DNA from: Tubiluchus corallicola
Lineage: Eukaryota > Animalia > Priapulida
Reading direction: 5' to 3'
Assembly (NCBI GenBank): GCA_030141605.1
Contig: JAQGDQ010000670.1
Coordinates: forward strand, 1-64,000
DNA: 64,000 bases
Shown: in pieces, positions 41,494-55,222 of the stretch
How positions within the stretch are numbered: the stretch's first letter is position 1
Layout of the letters: each line of letters starts with the position of its first letter
Notes under the pieces: model-generated
What the model saw: the letters and a program-made list of their open reading frames with translations, nothing else
What the model was told of the DNA's origin: nothing
The model's database searches: none
Made by a program: the position numbers and the translations under genes

Positions 41494-42698
41494 GGTAAAG
41501 GTTAGGTCAAACTATCCTTTCTCTTTTACTGTATACATGCATAGACCTCAACACGCCATTATTTCTTTGGTAAAGGTTAGGTCAAACTATCCTTTCTCTT
41601 TTACTGTATACATGCATAGACCTCAACACGCCATTATGTCTTTGGTAAAGGTTAGGTCGAACTATCCCTTCTCTTTTACTGTATACATGCATAGACCTCA
41701 ACACGCCATTATGTCTTTGGTAAAGGTTAGGTCAAACTATCCCTTCTCTTTTACTGTATACATGCATAGACCTCAACACGCCATTATGTCTTTGGTAAAG
41801 GTTAGGTCAAACTATCCTTTCTCTTTTACTGTATACATGCATAGACCTCAACACGCCATTATTTCTTCGGTAAAGGTTAGGTCAAACTATCCCTTCTCTT
41901 TTACTGTATACATGCATAGACCTTAACACGCCATTATGTCTTTGGTAAAGGTTAGGTCAAACTATCCTTTCTCTTTTACTGTATACATGCATAGACCTCA
42001 ACACGCCATTATTTCTTAGGTAAAGGTTAGGTCAACCTAATCCTTCTCTTTTACTGTATACATGCATAGACCTCAACACGCCATTATTTCTTTGGTAAAG
42101 GTTACGTCAAACTATCCTTTCTCTTTTACTGTATACATGCATAGACCTCAACACGCCATTATTTCTTTGGTTAAGGTTAGGTCAAACTATCCTTTCTCTT
42201 TTACTGTATACATGCATAGACCTCAACACGCCATTATGTCTTTGGCAAAGGTTAGGTCAAACTATCCCTTCTATTTTACTGTATACATGCATAGACCTCA
42301 ACACGCCATTATGTCTTTGGTAAAGGTTAGGTCAAACTAATCCTTCTCTTTTACTATATACATGCATAGACCTCAACACGCCATTATTTCTTAGGTAAAG
42401 GTTAGGTCAAACTAATTCTTCTCTTTTACTGTATACATGCATAGACCTCAACACGCCATTATGTCTTTGGTAAAGGTTAGGTCAAACTATCCCTTCTCTT
42501 TTACTGTATACATGCATAGACCTCAACACGCCATTATTTCTTAGGTAAAGGTTAGGTCAAACTAATCCTTCTCTTTTACTGTATACATGCATAGACCTCA
42601 ACACGCCATTATTTCTTAGGTAAAGGTTAGGTCAAACTAATCCTTCTCTTTCACTGTGTACATGCATAGACCTCAACACGCCATTAAGTCTTTGGTAA
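41494..42698. repeat. Minisatellite 75 bp x~16
   Basis: GGTAAAGGTTAGGTCAAACTATCCTTTCTCTTTTACTGTATACATGCATAGACCTCAACACGCCATTATTTCTTT. 25-aa ORF periodicity. Confidence 0.96.
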
Positions 42699-44220
42699 AT
42701 GACCTCAGCTTGAAGTAGCTTCTGTAACTACCAACCGCTGACAGCAGCACTTACACGAATCCTAATCTACAATATTTCTCAGCTATCAGTAATGAGTGTC
42801 GCCAGCAAACGTGCATGTACACATCACACATTAGCATGATAGCATTCAACTCACGACTCGCACAATCCTTCTCGCTTCATACATTGGCAAGTAGCACGAC
42901 GGATAAAAATTGAATCGGGACTTGATGAATTGTATATAATATAGTGGTGGGATCGATTCCTCCTGTTAGCGCGAGTTTATCAACTTGCATTATGGCATTT
43001 TCTTCTTGCCTACTCTTAGACTTTGAGTAGGATAAAGCTAGAGAGACGCTTAATTCAAGCGTAGAGACCGCGCAGTATGAACATGAAATGAACCAACATC
43101 GATCATATTATAAGCTACAGCTTACAGTAACACTTGAATCCAAATGATGGAAACGTCTAAAGTAGGCTGAAGCATCTTTAGGTGAAACATCTTTAGGTGA
43201 AACATCTTTAGCAGAAACATCTTTAGCTGAACTTAGATGTGAGAGAGTTTTCTCACACGTTTGTGTGAGAAAACTTATGAACAAAACAGGAAGCAAACAT
43301 AGAAGTCATAAGTCATTTATTTCACATTACACATTTTCAATAGTTTCATGTACAATATCTAGTGAAAGGGCCTACAATGAACATAATACAAATAAGAAAT
43401 ACTGCACAGGAAAAGTCTCAAACACTGTTCACTTATATACGAATGTAAATGCGTCAGGGGCAATCAAAAAGCAGGGCTTGTTAGATTGTCACACACAGTG
43501 AAAGAAAAAAAGTAATGGAAATAATCTGAAAATTTAAAGTGAATCGTGTGATAAAGAAAACATTAGTGCTTAAAATGGAATGATGTAATGAATGAAGCTC
43601 ATATATGAGATGACATAAAAGATAGCAAGACTATTATTTGTTAATAGTATGTAAAATTAAGATAACTTGATTGAGATAATAGAAATTATCTTTAATCGTA
43701 TCGACAGTCAGTTTGATTGGAGAGTTTGAAGATAGTGAGTAGGGACCGAAATCTGAATCTTTCCCGGTGCCTCACCTGATGACCCTTTTCCTTTAGTGGT
43801 AATTTTGTACGTGTGTGCCGTTGTCGACTGTATGATTTGCAGTTGTTTTGACTCTTTTTGCTGCTGGTGTGTGGTGTTGAAGTCATTTGAGTTTAATTAT
43901 GTTGAGCCTGTCGTTTGTTCACAGTTAACGAATGTTGATTCTTCCTGCGCAGTTGAAAAACTGGAGCAAATATGTGTGACAACTGACAAGTGTCTTTGAA
44001 AAATTATGCATTGGAAAGGTTTTCAAACACGCAAGTGTATGTCATCTACCTGTTCCTCTAATGTGTCTTGTAATAGATCACACGAAAACTTGTTATGCTA
44101 ATACAGAATCTATAGATATTATGTGTAACTTGTAATTATCTATATCCAACCATTAGCTATTCGGATGCGCATAAATCATTCTATTTGTATATACATACGA
44201 AATTCTTTCATAAACCATAA

Positions 44221-44797
44221 CGTCGGTAGAAAAGAATAAATCGGTTCCCACTTCCCAATGAACAGTGAATCACTAATTAGTTTTTTAAGTAATGCATTAG
44301 CACTGCATTAATGAATTAGTTTCTCTCAAGAAACATTGTTTATTTTAACAATGTATTGTTTTCTCTAACAGTTCCAATGGCATGTAAAGTTTGCAGAATA
44401 TTAGTGAACCTATAACGTTGTTATTTTAACTTAAGAGCAATTATTAAATTGAAATTAAAGAAGATTAAATTTAACATTTTTAAACTTTACCACCTAGCTA
44501 CATTTGAGATACCAATGTCACATTTGACTTGACATGTGTCTACATTTGACTTACCAAAAGCGCTCAAGATTTGTTAACCATTGTTAACACATTTGAACTA
44601 CCTAAGTCTACATTTAAGTTACCAAGACACATTTGAATTACCTAATTCTACATTTGAGCTACCAAGACACATTTGAATTACCTAAATCTACATTTGAGTT
44701 AACGCAGGTTTACATTTGCAGTACTAATGCATTACTTAAACTAATTAGTGATTCACTGTTCATTAGGAAGTGGGAACCGATTTATTCTTTTATGACG
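44221..44797. mobile_element. Foldback/MITE-like element with ~85 bp TIRs and internal ~20 bp subrepeats
   Basis: 44221-44307 is the near-perfect reverse complement of 44717-44797 (AAAAGAATAAATCGGTTCCCACTTCC.AATGAACAGTGAATCACTAATTAG). Internal ACATTTGA.TTACC repeats. Confidence 0.85.
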
Positions 44798-44998
44798 ACA
44801 ATTTTTGTAAAACGTTGACAACACTTTTATATCTTAAATATAATGTCTTAAACTATCAAATAAACGTTTTCTTTACATTTGAAAAATATATTACGAAACA
44901 CGAACCATAAACGTTTGCGTTTACTGGTGAAAAAAGTAAAATTGGACAAAAAACATTTACATTATATTTATTTAGAAATTATAAAAAAACAATTAATA

Positions 44999-45300
44999 TA
45001 GACATGAGCCACTGTGAGGTGAATACGCCTTTTAACAGTTCCAGCAATTGGTGATCGTGAAAAGGTCAAAGGTTAAGAGTACCAGACAACGCAGCCCTAA
45101 CTATTGTAGAAGTAACAGTTTTAACAGCTATTTTTCTGGTCCCTAAGTAAGTTCCAGCCAGTAAATCACGACAGAATAATACATGATTAAATAAAGTCCA
45201 CGTAAAACAACTGATGTTACCGAACTGACGGCTTTGCTTTACCCGCATGTCACGTGAAAACGCGTAGCTGTGTTACACTTAACCTTTGACCTATAGCGAC
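44999..45300 (+). mobile_element. Unclassified interspersed repeat, copy 3 of 3
   Basis: Matches 6793-7040 and the reverse complement of 29690-30060. Confidence 0.7.
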
Positions 45301-46444
45301 TGCCAAAAGGCCTATTAAGTTTCTGTGCTTCAATTTTCCTGCAACATTAATTGCCAATTCCATTATAGCGATGTGTAATCAATTATACGAAACAAGAGTT
45401 ATAGAATTTTGTTGACAAACAGCCGCGTAGAAAACGCTTTGTATTTTAGCTGTGTGAATAATTAGTAATTTGGCATGCTTGCGTCTTGGTGGCTGTGAAA
45501 GTACATGCAGCAATTAACTACCATTTCATACGCAATTATTTCTCTGCGCGTGAAAGCAAATTAACCCACTAAATTACAATATGGTGTAATTAACTTTGCG
45601 CATACCCATCATACCTGTAGGTCAGGCCACTGTACGCGGTTACCACAGAAAACTGTAGGCTGCCTGACCTAGTCAGCGCCATCTGAGTGACCAGCGCAAG
45701 CAGGTATTATTGTAATTCCACAATAAAAAAAGGAAAAAAACCTGTTGGGTCACGAACCCGGGGCTTTGTAAGCTGGGCATGAATTCGGCGAACAGTTTTC
45801 ACCCGTGACATGCTTTACTCCCCTAAACGTAGTGCACTTTTAAAACTGAATACTATTTGCAGTGAAATAAACACGAGTTTGACGGCTGACCAACCCGCTG
45901 ACCGGTCGTACGCTAAATATAATGGATTTAGCTGAACTTAATAATTATTAGATTTGTTGTGATTAACTAAGATTAATTTGTTGATATTAGCTTGCTCTTG
46001 TTGAATTGTTGAGTCTGAAATCAAAGTCTGTAAATTGAATTGAATTGAATTGAATTGAATTGCTAGCTTACATTCGTTTCACTGATAGTTGTGAAACTTC
46101 GTACAAAACACGAAACGTTATTTTCATCATTAAACCAGTTTTCAACCGCCCGCTAAACGAAACGAAATTACAGCTTTAATGGTCTTGCAAATCTAAAGAC
46201 TTTTAGGTGTTTTTGGACTGTAATTTGATTATGAACGTGATCGCAGACGCAATGCGTATTAGGTTCTTAGAGCTCTAAGCGAAATGCGAGTTGAAATTTG
46301 TTCACCAAAATGAAGAACGCGATTAAAACATGTTTTAATGGCTGCATTTACATGAGTATTGAATTTTTTTAAAACAAGTTTTCGTTGGTCTAATAGGATC
46401 TGTTTTATTTGAGTTTTTGCAACATTCTGGAACATTCTGAAATT

Positions 46445-46950
46445 TCTGCCTATCTTCCTGTCTGTCTGACTGCCTGCCTGCCTGTCTGTCTATCTACCTA
46501 TCTGTCTATCTCTGTGTGTCTGTCTGCCTCTCTGTCTGTCTGTCTATCTGCTTGTCTATCTGTCTCTGTCTGTCTGTCTCTGTCTGTCTGCCTATCTGTC
46601 TGTCTGTCTATTTGTCTGCTTGTATGTTTGCCTGCCTATCTGTTTGTATCTCTCTGTCTGTCTCTGTCTGCCTATCTGTCTGTCTGCCTGTCTGTCTATC
46701 TGTCTCTGTCTGTCTGCCTCTCTGTCTGTCTGTCTATTTGTCTGCTTGTATGTTTGCCTGCCTATCTGTTTGTCTCTCGCTGTCTGTCTGTCTGTCTGCC
46801 TGTCTTTCTGTCTGTCTGTCTGTCTACCTATCTGTCTGCCTGGGTGCCTGCCTACCTGCCTGTCTGTCTGTCTGTCTACCTAATCTGTCTGCCTGTCTTC
46901 CTAGCTGTCTGTCTCTGCCTGCCTATCTGTCTGTACGTCTGCCTACCTGA
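46445..46950. repeat. (TCTG)n degenerate microsatellite
   Basis: Direct reading. Confidence 0.93.
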
Positions 46951-47591
46951 ACGGTTTCTTCTGCTACTATTACCCGTCCACCTGTTTGTTGCTTTCCTAA
47001 TTACTTGTTAACAATATTCTGCAGCAACATCATAGGGAAGTGAAAACAATTTCAACTCAGATAGTTTATTTATGTCTCTGCTCACTAATTTAGTTTATTG
47101 CGAAAGATGTTAGTCGCTTTATGAAAGAGAACAAATTCGTGCTTACTGTTGACCATAAAGTGGCTGATTGCGTTTATTTGTCTTTGTTTCTGAGCAAATA
47201 AAAGAATGAGTAAATTTATGCGCTCTAGACCTTACTCTAGGTCTGACATGATTTTCCGATCTTTGGCTCTTATGGTTCTGGCTTCGAGATGCAAATTCAT
47301 ATTAAGTCACGAAACTAAGTTGCTGCTAGAAGGGCAAAACACATCTTAATGAATATGACGACAATGATGGCAATTCTTCAACACATTTATAATTTTTGTG
47401 TAAGTCTATGCCATATTGGTTTAATGAAATACTGTGACAATAGGAAATGCTTTACAAGCTTTGAAGTGTATTTGTTACTATTATTGGTCTCAGAATCCTA
47501 TAATTATATAAAAATACCACATAAAATCAGTCAGCCTTTAACAGGGAATAGCTGAAAAATAGCAAGTTATTGCTATTATTAGAAATAATTC

Positions 47592-47592
47592 A

Positions 47593-47659
<67 letters not shown>

Positions 47660-47662
47660 GTA

Positions 47663-47740
<78 letters not shown>

Positions 47741-47805
47741 GTAATAATAATAATAATAGTAATAATAATAATAGTAATAGTAATAATAATAATAATAGTA
47801 ATAAT

Positions 47806-47859
<54 letters not shown>

Positions 47860-47883
47860 AATAATAATAATAATAATAATAAT
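47592..47883. repeat. (AAT)/(AAC) microsatellite
   Basis: Direct reading. Confidence 0.95.
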
Positions 47884-47884
47884 T

Positions 47885-48420
47885 GAGGGCTGGAGCATTG
47901 AAAGAGAAAGCAGTGCTTCCATTCGCTTTATTATATTTCCTGAGCGGATCATGAAGTTACTTTTCAGCTGATATAAGAGTAAAACGAAGGACTAAATTAA
48001 TAATCAGTTCCTTAAGATAAACTGGTGCTTTGTCATTTATAAGTGTTGTAAACTAACAATACGATTTTAAATTCAATTCTATGTTTAACGGGTAACTAGT
48101 GCAGTTTGTAGAGTACCGGAGATAGGTATATCTTATCGAATTTCTTTGTTCTTGTAAATAACCAGGCACCGACGTTTAGTAACTAGCTGAAGTTTATTTA
48201 AATAGTATTTCGAGATTCCATACAACATTCTTGATAATCCTGATTTGATGACGCAAAAGCATGAATGAGCATGTCTACAGATGAACTGTCCAAAATTTGG
48301 CGAAATTTTGCCAATTCTCTATTCATGAAAATATGTCTTTCTGCAAGTTTCATAGACCTGGTTTTGCACTGAAGCGGCATTTTCGAATAATACACAATTT
48401 TTTAATAGAATTAGGATGAC
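47885..48420 (-). mobile_element. L2-clade LINE ORF2 remnants
   Basis: LAKFRQILDSSSVDMLIHAFASSNQDY (cf. L2 'IR.YL...A..LVHAFV.SRLDY') and, further 3', NGSTAFSFNAPAL (cf. 'G.RAFS..AP.LWN'). Confidence 0.65.
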
Positions 48421-48719
48421 GTCCAACTCACCAATAGTTACCCTTAAGTTTCCACGGTTTTCACTCTCGTGAAGAGAACGATTTCACTTATGTCGTACTT
48501 AAGTAAGATAAGTAAGTTGAACTTCATACAGCTACGAATTTCACAACTGCATATTTCAACGTGTCGTCGTTGTTGTCGTCGTCATCGCCGTCGTCATCGC
48601 CGTTGTTGTTGTTTCCGTTTTTACAATAAGTTCACTGTTCTGCAAACCGTGATACAATGCAGGAGAACTTATAATGTAGTGAAAGGAGTGATTCCACTAA
48701 GCGCATATTTAGATATTTA

Positions 48720-49200
48720 TTTATTAGTGTCAAAAACACATACAACACAAGGAAAAAACAAGACATACCTACAATTTCAATTTTGAAATATAATGATACT
48801 GTATACAAACAAAACAATTACTAATAAAACAAATATTGTTAAATCTTCCTGTTGGTTATATTAGTTATTTAATGAAAAGTTTAATGATTAATATTTAAAA
48901 TAAATTGTCATTCATCAGGCCTCATTTTTAATGATATGATAATTATATACTACTTTGTTCATCACGTATTAAAAACACTTTCAACATAATTAATAAATGC
49001 CTTAATTACTTCTAAATCATTACTTCCCATCAAGAATAAAAATTTATCAGCATCTCTCATAAGGAAAAAATCTGGTATAAAATTACATTGATGTGATTAT
49101 ATAATTTTCCTCTAAGATCATTGTCATATGGACATTTTATAGCAAAGTGTAATTCGTCTTCGATTTCATTTCTTAAACAATATGTGCATATACGATTCTA
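48720..49200 (-). mobile_element. RTEX-like LINE 3' fragment
   Basis: NRICTYCLRNEIEDELHFAIKCPYDNDLR motif. AATAAA (minus) near 48716-48722. Confidence 0.7.
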
Positions 49201-49209
49201 TAGCGCATA

Positions 49210-49690
49210 ACGTATAGATTGTTAAGGCCAGAATTAAAGACTCCTACAATTCCTTTCCTAACTCTTGAATAGCATCGTATTACCTTTACAAGACTTCGTC
49301 TGCAGTCACATAACCTTCGAATAGAAACGGGACGGTGGAGACAAGAACCTAGAGAGCCTAGAGATTGCGTGACTGTGATACAATCCAGTCAGAGATCCAC
49401 ATTATTAATGAATGCCCAGTAAGGGAAGAAATTAGGAAAAATTTTCGTAACACAAACTTCGCAAACTGTGCTAAATTCTTTAAAATTGAACAAGCTTGTG
49501 TCATTTGCTATGAACTATTATGCAAAGTAGACACTGTGGTTGATATCATATCACATTTTTGCCTGATGTGTTTTTTGTTTTTTGGAGCTATGTCGCTGTA
49601 CCCGCAAACAATATAAATTTGGACTAAAATTTGTTATCTTGTTCGTTGTCACCCCACTAATATATTGCATATTTGTCTATAAATAGTCAA
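49210..49690 (+). mobile_element. RTEX-like LINE 3' fragment
   Basis: HRITFTRLRLQSHNLRIETGRWRQEPRE...CDTIQSEIHIINECP (frameshifted). Confidence 0.78.
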
Positions 49691-49706
49691 TTTTAGTCAA
49701 TAAATC

Positions 49707-49715
49707 TACTGCTAC

Positions 49716-49762
<47 letters not shown>

Positions 49763-49786
49763 TTACTGCTACTACTATTACTACTG

Positions 49787-49866
<80 letters not shown>

Positions 49867-49945
49867 GCTGCTACTACTACTACTACTACTACAGTAGGTA
49901 GTAGTAGTAGTACTATTAACCAGTGGTAGTAGTAGTAATAGTAGT
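49707..49945. repeat. (CTG)/(CTA) trinucleotide tract
   Basis: Direct reading. Confidence 0.93.
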
Positions 49946-49970
49946 CACGCGTTGGAGACCGGATTCTAAC

Positions 49971-50057
49971 CATTGTCAATGATGCGCCATTGACACGGAT
50001 AATATTTTTAATCACAAACGCTAATAAAACAAGGCAAGTAGCTAAACGCAATACCAT
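49971..50057 (-). CDS. Candidate signal-peptide-like first coding exon (or uORF in a 5' UTR exon)
   Basis: gcaATGG context, reading MVLRLATCLVLLAFVIKNIIRVNGASLTM|gttaga. The phase-0 donor is not directly frame-compatible with the Ig exon. Confidence 0.3.
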
Positions 50058-50599
50058 TGCTACCTCCCTGACTGCACCTGTTGTTTTCAGACGCAAACTG
50101 TCGGCCACAAAGCCCACAAGCTCTCTGTAGAGTGAGTCTATAACGACATTCGATCCATTCGTTCGATCGACTGATCAACAAGCAATCAAAGCGACGCAAA
50201 ACATTTTCAAATCTGTTTGGAGATGCGGATTTACAGAACGAAAAGTTTGACTGCCACGCCAGCTGGCGGAAATGAAAAGTCTTTGTCAGAAGCCCAAAGG
50301 CCTGTCATGCGAAAACGTACATCTTTGTCCACGAAAATGTTTTTTATGTAATCGTGCCGCAAGGCTCGGAAAAATGATCAGAGCCAAGAGTTTGAGGAGG
50401 CATTTTCAATTGAAACTCTTTTCTTGGTTTTTATCCATCATTGCTGTACAGGCTAGACAAAAGAATTCCTGACGAAATCCGAGAAATTCATTAGCCCGGC
50501 TGAAGGGATGCCATTGTTCCGCACTGTATCGCAAATTAAACTGGGTATTCATGAATTTTCTCGGGATCAAGCGACCCCTATCGATCGCTGAAGTCAACT

Positions 50600-50700
50600 T
50601 GAATGCGAAATGAACCCCTGATTCGACAACCCTGATGTAGGGAATTTCGTCAAGTATCTCGTTGGTCACGTGACCAGGGGCACTCTACCTGGGCAAGTGA
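50600..50700 (-). promoter_or_regulatory. Candidate promoter region with E-box palindrome
   Basis: Perfect 14 bp palindrome TGGTCACGTGACCA (50663-50676, USF/TFE-type site) at the edge of a non-repetitive, CpG-containing 700 bp block. Confidence 0.3.
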
Positions 50701-52531
50701 GTTAGTTGGTAGACGTTAACAGGCTTCTTTAAAAGTAGTTTTTCACAGTATGATAGTGACATAATTTGTCAGACATATTGGTAAACACTAGATTTGCTTT
50801 ATGGAGACATACGATGTAAGTAAATACATCATTTTGTATTATTTTTGAATTATTATGAACTGATCACTTTGAACATTTTAGTCTAATGAATGACAATCTT
50901 ATAAATTCGATAGAACGTGGAATAAATTAGTAAAATTACCAAATTAGGTTTATCTAATGTTTTGTGTTTAGTAAAGTCTAGAACTACAGAATTAAATGCA
51001 AATTTGTAAAATAGCCTTTTTTATTTTTTATTTTTTTTTAATAGAAATGACGTATAAAACACTATAAAACACTTTGAAAGTCTTACTTTCTCTAAAATTT
51101 CCGATCACAGTTTCATGCAAATTACAGCAACTTGGTGCTACTTTAATCTAATTTCAATCAGCGAATAATCATACTATAATGTAATCAAATAGTTCAACTG
51201 GCCTTGCTATGTGCATAGGCGCCCTCTACAATTCAGTTTCGAACTTAACAACGTGTCGAAAACTCGATTATCTGTTATATACACACCACTCGTATTTCTG
51301 CCAACTTCGACCTAAGCACTCTTTAAAAGGTTTCTCCTTCGAATTAGACGCACGTTTCTGAATTAATGAAGTTCTGACGTGGAAATTCATCATTCGAGTG
51401 GTCCCGCAAAAACCATGCTGCATTAATGCCATTTTTAATGGCTTGAAGGATTAAAGTCATTTTCAACCTTGGTTTTATAGAGATGGATTTCTATGCTGCG
51501 TTCGCGTGACGGCTAATTTGTGCGCTGTAACCATTTCGATTGACCCAAATCCCACGTGGCACATTAAAGGTAGGCTTCTGCCTCAAAATATTCTTAAAGG
51601 AAGGCGGGACAAGTCCGATAAAAGTATACATTTTAACACAATTAATACTGAAAAAGCGTTTCTGATAATTAAGTGATAGATTAAAATCTTAATTAACGAC
51701 GGGCGAGCCCAACTATTGATGACATCACAAACTAACATAATTTTCAACAGCAGAATTATTCCACGAGCGTGTTGCACGTGTTTGCGAAAGTGAAAATTCA
51801 AGTTCAGTGCTACTGTAAGACATTTAGCGTGTTGTACTAAAACTAGGCAGGTTTTAAGATAAAAATTTAAATTTCAAATTTACCGCTGTGCTCACGCATG
51901 AGCTGTCAAACAGGTATATTTCGTCACAAAATAACACATCTGTACTGAGAGGTACAGCACCTGTTTTTTGTGTAATGCGTTTCTCAAATGTCCTTCTAAC
52001 GAATGGCGAAATGCATGTAACAGCTAAGAAATAGTGGCGCGAACGTGAAATTGTGTTTATGTGGTAATAATTCTTTCGCGTAAGTTATTTTTGAAAAGAT
52101 GGCATGTTTCCTTTCAATATTTTAAGGAATAAATGACCTGCAGTTTAAAATCGGGTCCGGTTTTTCTTTAAAGGTATCATTTTTTCTGTGAAACATGTAT
52201 AGGTATTTCATCTTAGGGTACTAACCGGTACATTGAACATTTTACAACTTGGAATTACAAGCCTTCAATGTCTCATACTGCGCATGCGCAAAATGAACAA
52301 TATGGCTTCAAACAATTAATTAGCAACGCCTACGTCTAATTGATCGTAAGAAGCAAGGTTGCGTGAAAACGAAGCTTGTTAAATTTTGCTGTTCGAAGTG
52401 AATTACCTCGCTGGCAAAGTGACAAAAAACTCAAATAGGAAAACCAAGAAAACGGGTTTACATTGGCAGGAACTGTTCAAGAGAACAAACTGCCTGATGT
52501 AACACTTTTAGAAGCGAGAAAGTGAGAAACT

Positions 52532-52821
52532 TTTTAATAAAAAAACTGCGTTCATCACCACAGGGGCTAAGACAGCAGAGGCGAAAAGAATTGAGGAGGC
52601 AGAGGAGAAGCGCAGGAGAAGCAAGGCATGTGACACTGTCCAACAACAGGTCAAAACTCCCAGCCTCACTTGTGCTAAATGTCAAAGAAGGTTCCAGGCC
52701 AGAATTGGCCTAATCAGTCACATTCGAGCTCATCAAAGGAATGACAACCCCCCAAACTGACCCTTTATCCCTGTCACTATGGTCATCTTCGATTCGAAGG
52801 ACGAACATCATCATCATCATC
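52532..52821 (+). mobile_element. 5'-truncated RTE (BovB-like) LINE with C2H2 finger, (CAT)n tail and 12 bp TSD
   Basis: AEAKRIEEAEEKRRRSK...LTCAKCQRRFQARIGLISHIRAH. TSD AAGTGAGAAACT at 52520-52531 and 52822-52833. Confidence 0.92.
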
Positions 52822-53377
52822 AAGTGAGAAACTCAGATCTATGGTCATCTATGTAGTAATGACTCAATGAAGCGGCTTTATAAATGCAATGGTTTGCCCA
52901 GAATAGTGGGTAATAGCAGCTCACCTTCATACGCACAGTTTACACGTCACTGTACTGATTTTCACATAAACACCAAATCACAGCAGACTTATTTTCACAG
53001 AAATTAACGATCGCGTCTTTCGCTTGGCTTCATGCTTTTTGTCTGTGGTTCATTGTGTAGCCCCACAGTTGGTGTGCTGCAGTCATTTGTGCTAGGCTCT
53101 GGTTTTCAGTATCAACTATAACCTTACTGTAAATAACTTCCATTATTCAGTCTGTAATTGCATATGTGATTCCCAGATAACATCTGTCCCACCATTGTGG
53201 CAATCTTAGTGGGTGCTTAATTGTTCCCATCAGCTGTATTGACCTCTTTCCTCGTGCAGGTAATTTGCGAATAACATTTATGTTGGCTTCTTGTATGAGA
53301 CAATACGTATATAGTAGTTCGTCAAGAAGCTGTGAATCTTCAGTAATATCGTCAAAGTTTCACTGCTGTCGACTACA

Positions 53378-53888
53378 TAACAGATTAACAGATTTACCTT
53401 TTTTCCAAATCCCATCGTTAATTCCAGAACAAGCAATCTAAAACAAATTAGGACAAATACCCACTATGGAACGAACTCTGTAATCAAGCAAACAATTCTA
53501 CTGTGGAATTCTCTACCATTACAGGTTAAACAAATCAAGTCCCTATCAGCATTTAAAACAAAACTAAAATCACTAATAATAACCAGATATGAAATACCAT
53601 CACACCAGTACGACAACATACACACTAATTCAGAATTCATATATCCACAGCCATATTAATTAAATCATAGTTTTTTTCATTTTTTTGTGCATAGTTGTAA
53701 ATATGTTTGATTTTATTCGTCGTTACTTTCCATTACTGCACAGTAGTTTAGATTGCAATGTAATCTAACCTTTAGCTTACCTTTAGCAGTGTAAGTTTTT
53801 ATTAACTAACACTGATTGATCATCTCTGTAAAGTTTTTATCAGTGATTATCACTGTATTTTAATGGCAAATAAAGATTATATATATAC
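53378..53888 (+). mobile_element. CR1/L2-type LINE 3' fragment (family A, copy 2)
   Basis: Near-identical to 9060-9545. Confidence 0.9.
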
Positions 53889-54943
53889 ATTAAATTTTTT
53901 AATAACATATGCGGCTGTGTTTAATTTTTTAGATTTAGATTTTAGATTTAACATTTTATTTCAAACTTTACAAAGTTCATATACACATCACAAATAATAC
54001 AATAAATCATGACACACAACAATAACACAAATAACAATTAACGGTATAACAAACTACGCCAATGACGTCTAATTGCAGAAGTAAAGTTTGCATCACTGTT
54101 TAAAATGTTCTTGCATATAAAATTTTCACTCTTATTCAGCCTGACGTATAAACTGTATGCACATTTTCTGTGAATAACATCAAAATAAATAATATTAATT
54201 CTAGTATTAATATATCTGGCGCTCGTATCATATGAAAAGTTAAACAGCTTCCGTGTTGATAAGGTTGCTTGAGTTTGCTAAGATTGTAAGAATAAGAATG
54301 TCTCCAAGTGGACATACAATAAAAAGTAGTGCAGTAAGAAAATACTAAAGCTTGACTACATAACTAAGCCACGTCCACTCAAAACGCCTTTGGTCCACTC
54401 AAAATCATTACTGCATTGTATCGTCGATATTAACATGCTAATGTCATTTAACGGTCGGATTAATCTTGGTGCAGCTTTCTCCCGTCCGTGTCGACGCGTT
54501 AATAGATTCATATTCATCCGAATCGACTGGCTCAACGTAATCTTCCAGTCACACACAAACATGCCCGGTTATTACTACCTTCGTAATAAGCATTTGCTTG
54601 CATCTAATGAGAAATCCGACTCTAGAATAATCGGACTATTAACCATTTGGGAGTAGACTAAGCAAACCAGAGTTCACTGGTCCTGTTTGCTTAGTTACCA
54701 TATCGTCCCTTGTCTCCGAGTTTTACTGCATGTAGGATTACGGCAATGACCGATTCCGTGATTTGGAAGTTGAATAAACGGTTAATATGGTGACTTCATC
54801 AACTTGCATTGTTTTATAGTAATAGTTTTATAGAAGAATGTGATGCAAGTTATTCTAATGTATATAGATATTGTAAAAGAACTAACCGAAAATGATCTAA
54901 TCGTAAATTGATTATACAAGCAAACTGTTGTCCAAATGATTTG

Positions 54944-55222
<279 letters not shown>

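Noticed and set aside
41494-42698. AGGTCA half-site in each 75 bp unit as a nuclear-receptor response array
   Set aside because: Only a single half-site without a proper RORE or DR spacing. No evidence beyond chance.
21668-43790. Isolated CTGATGA motifs (about 21671, 25482, 43777) as hammerheads
   Set aside because: No stem II/GAAA/cleavage-triplet arrangement follows.
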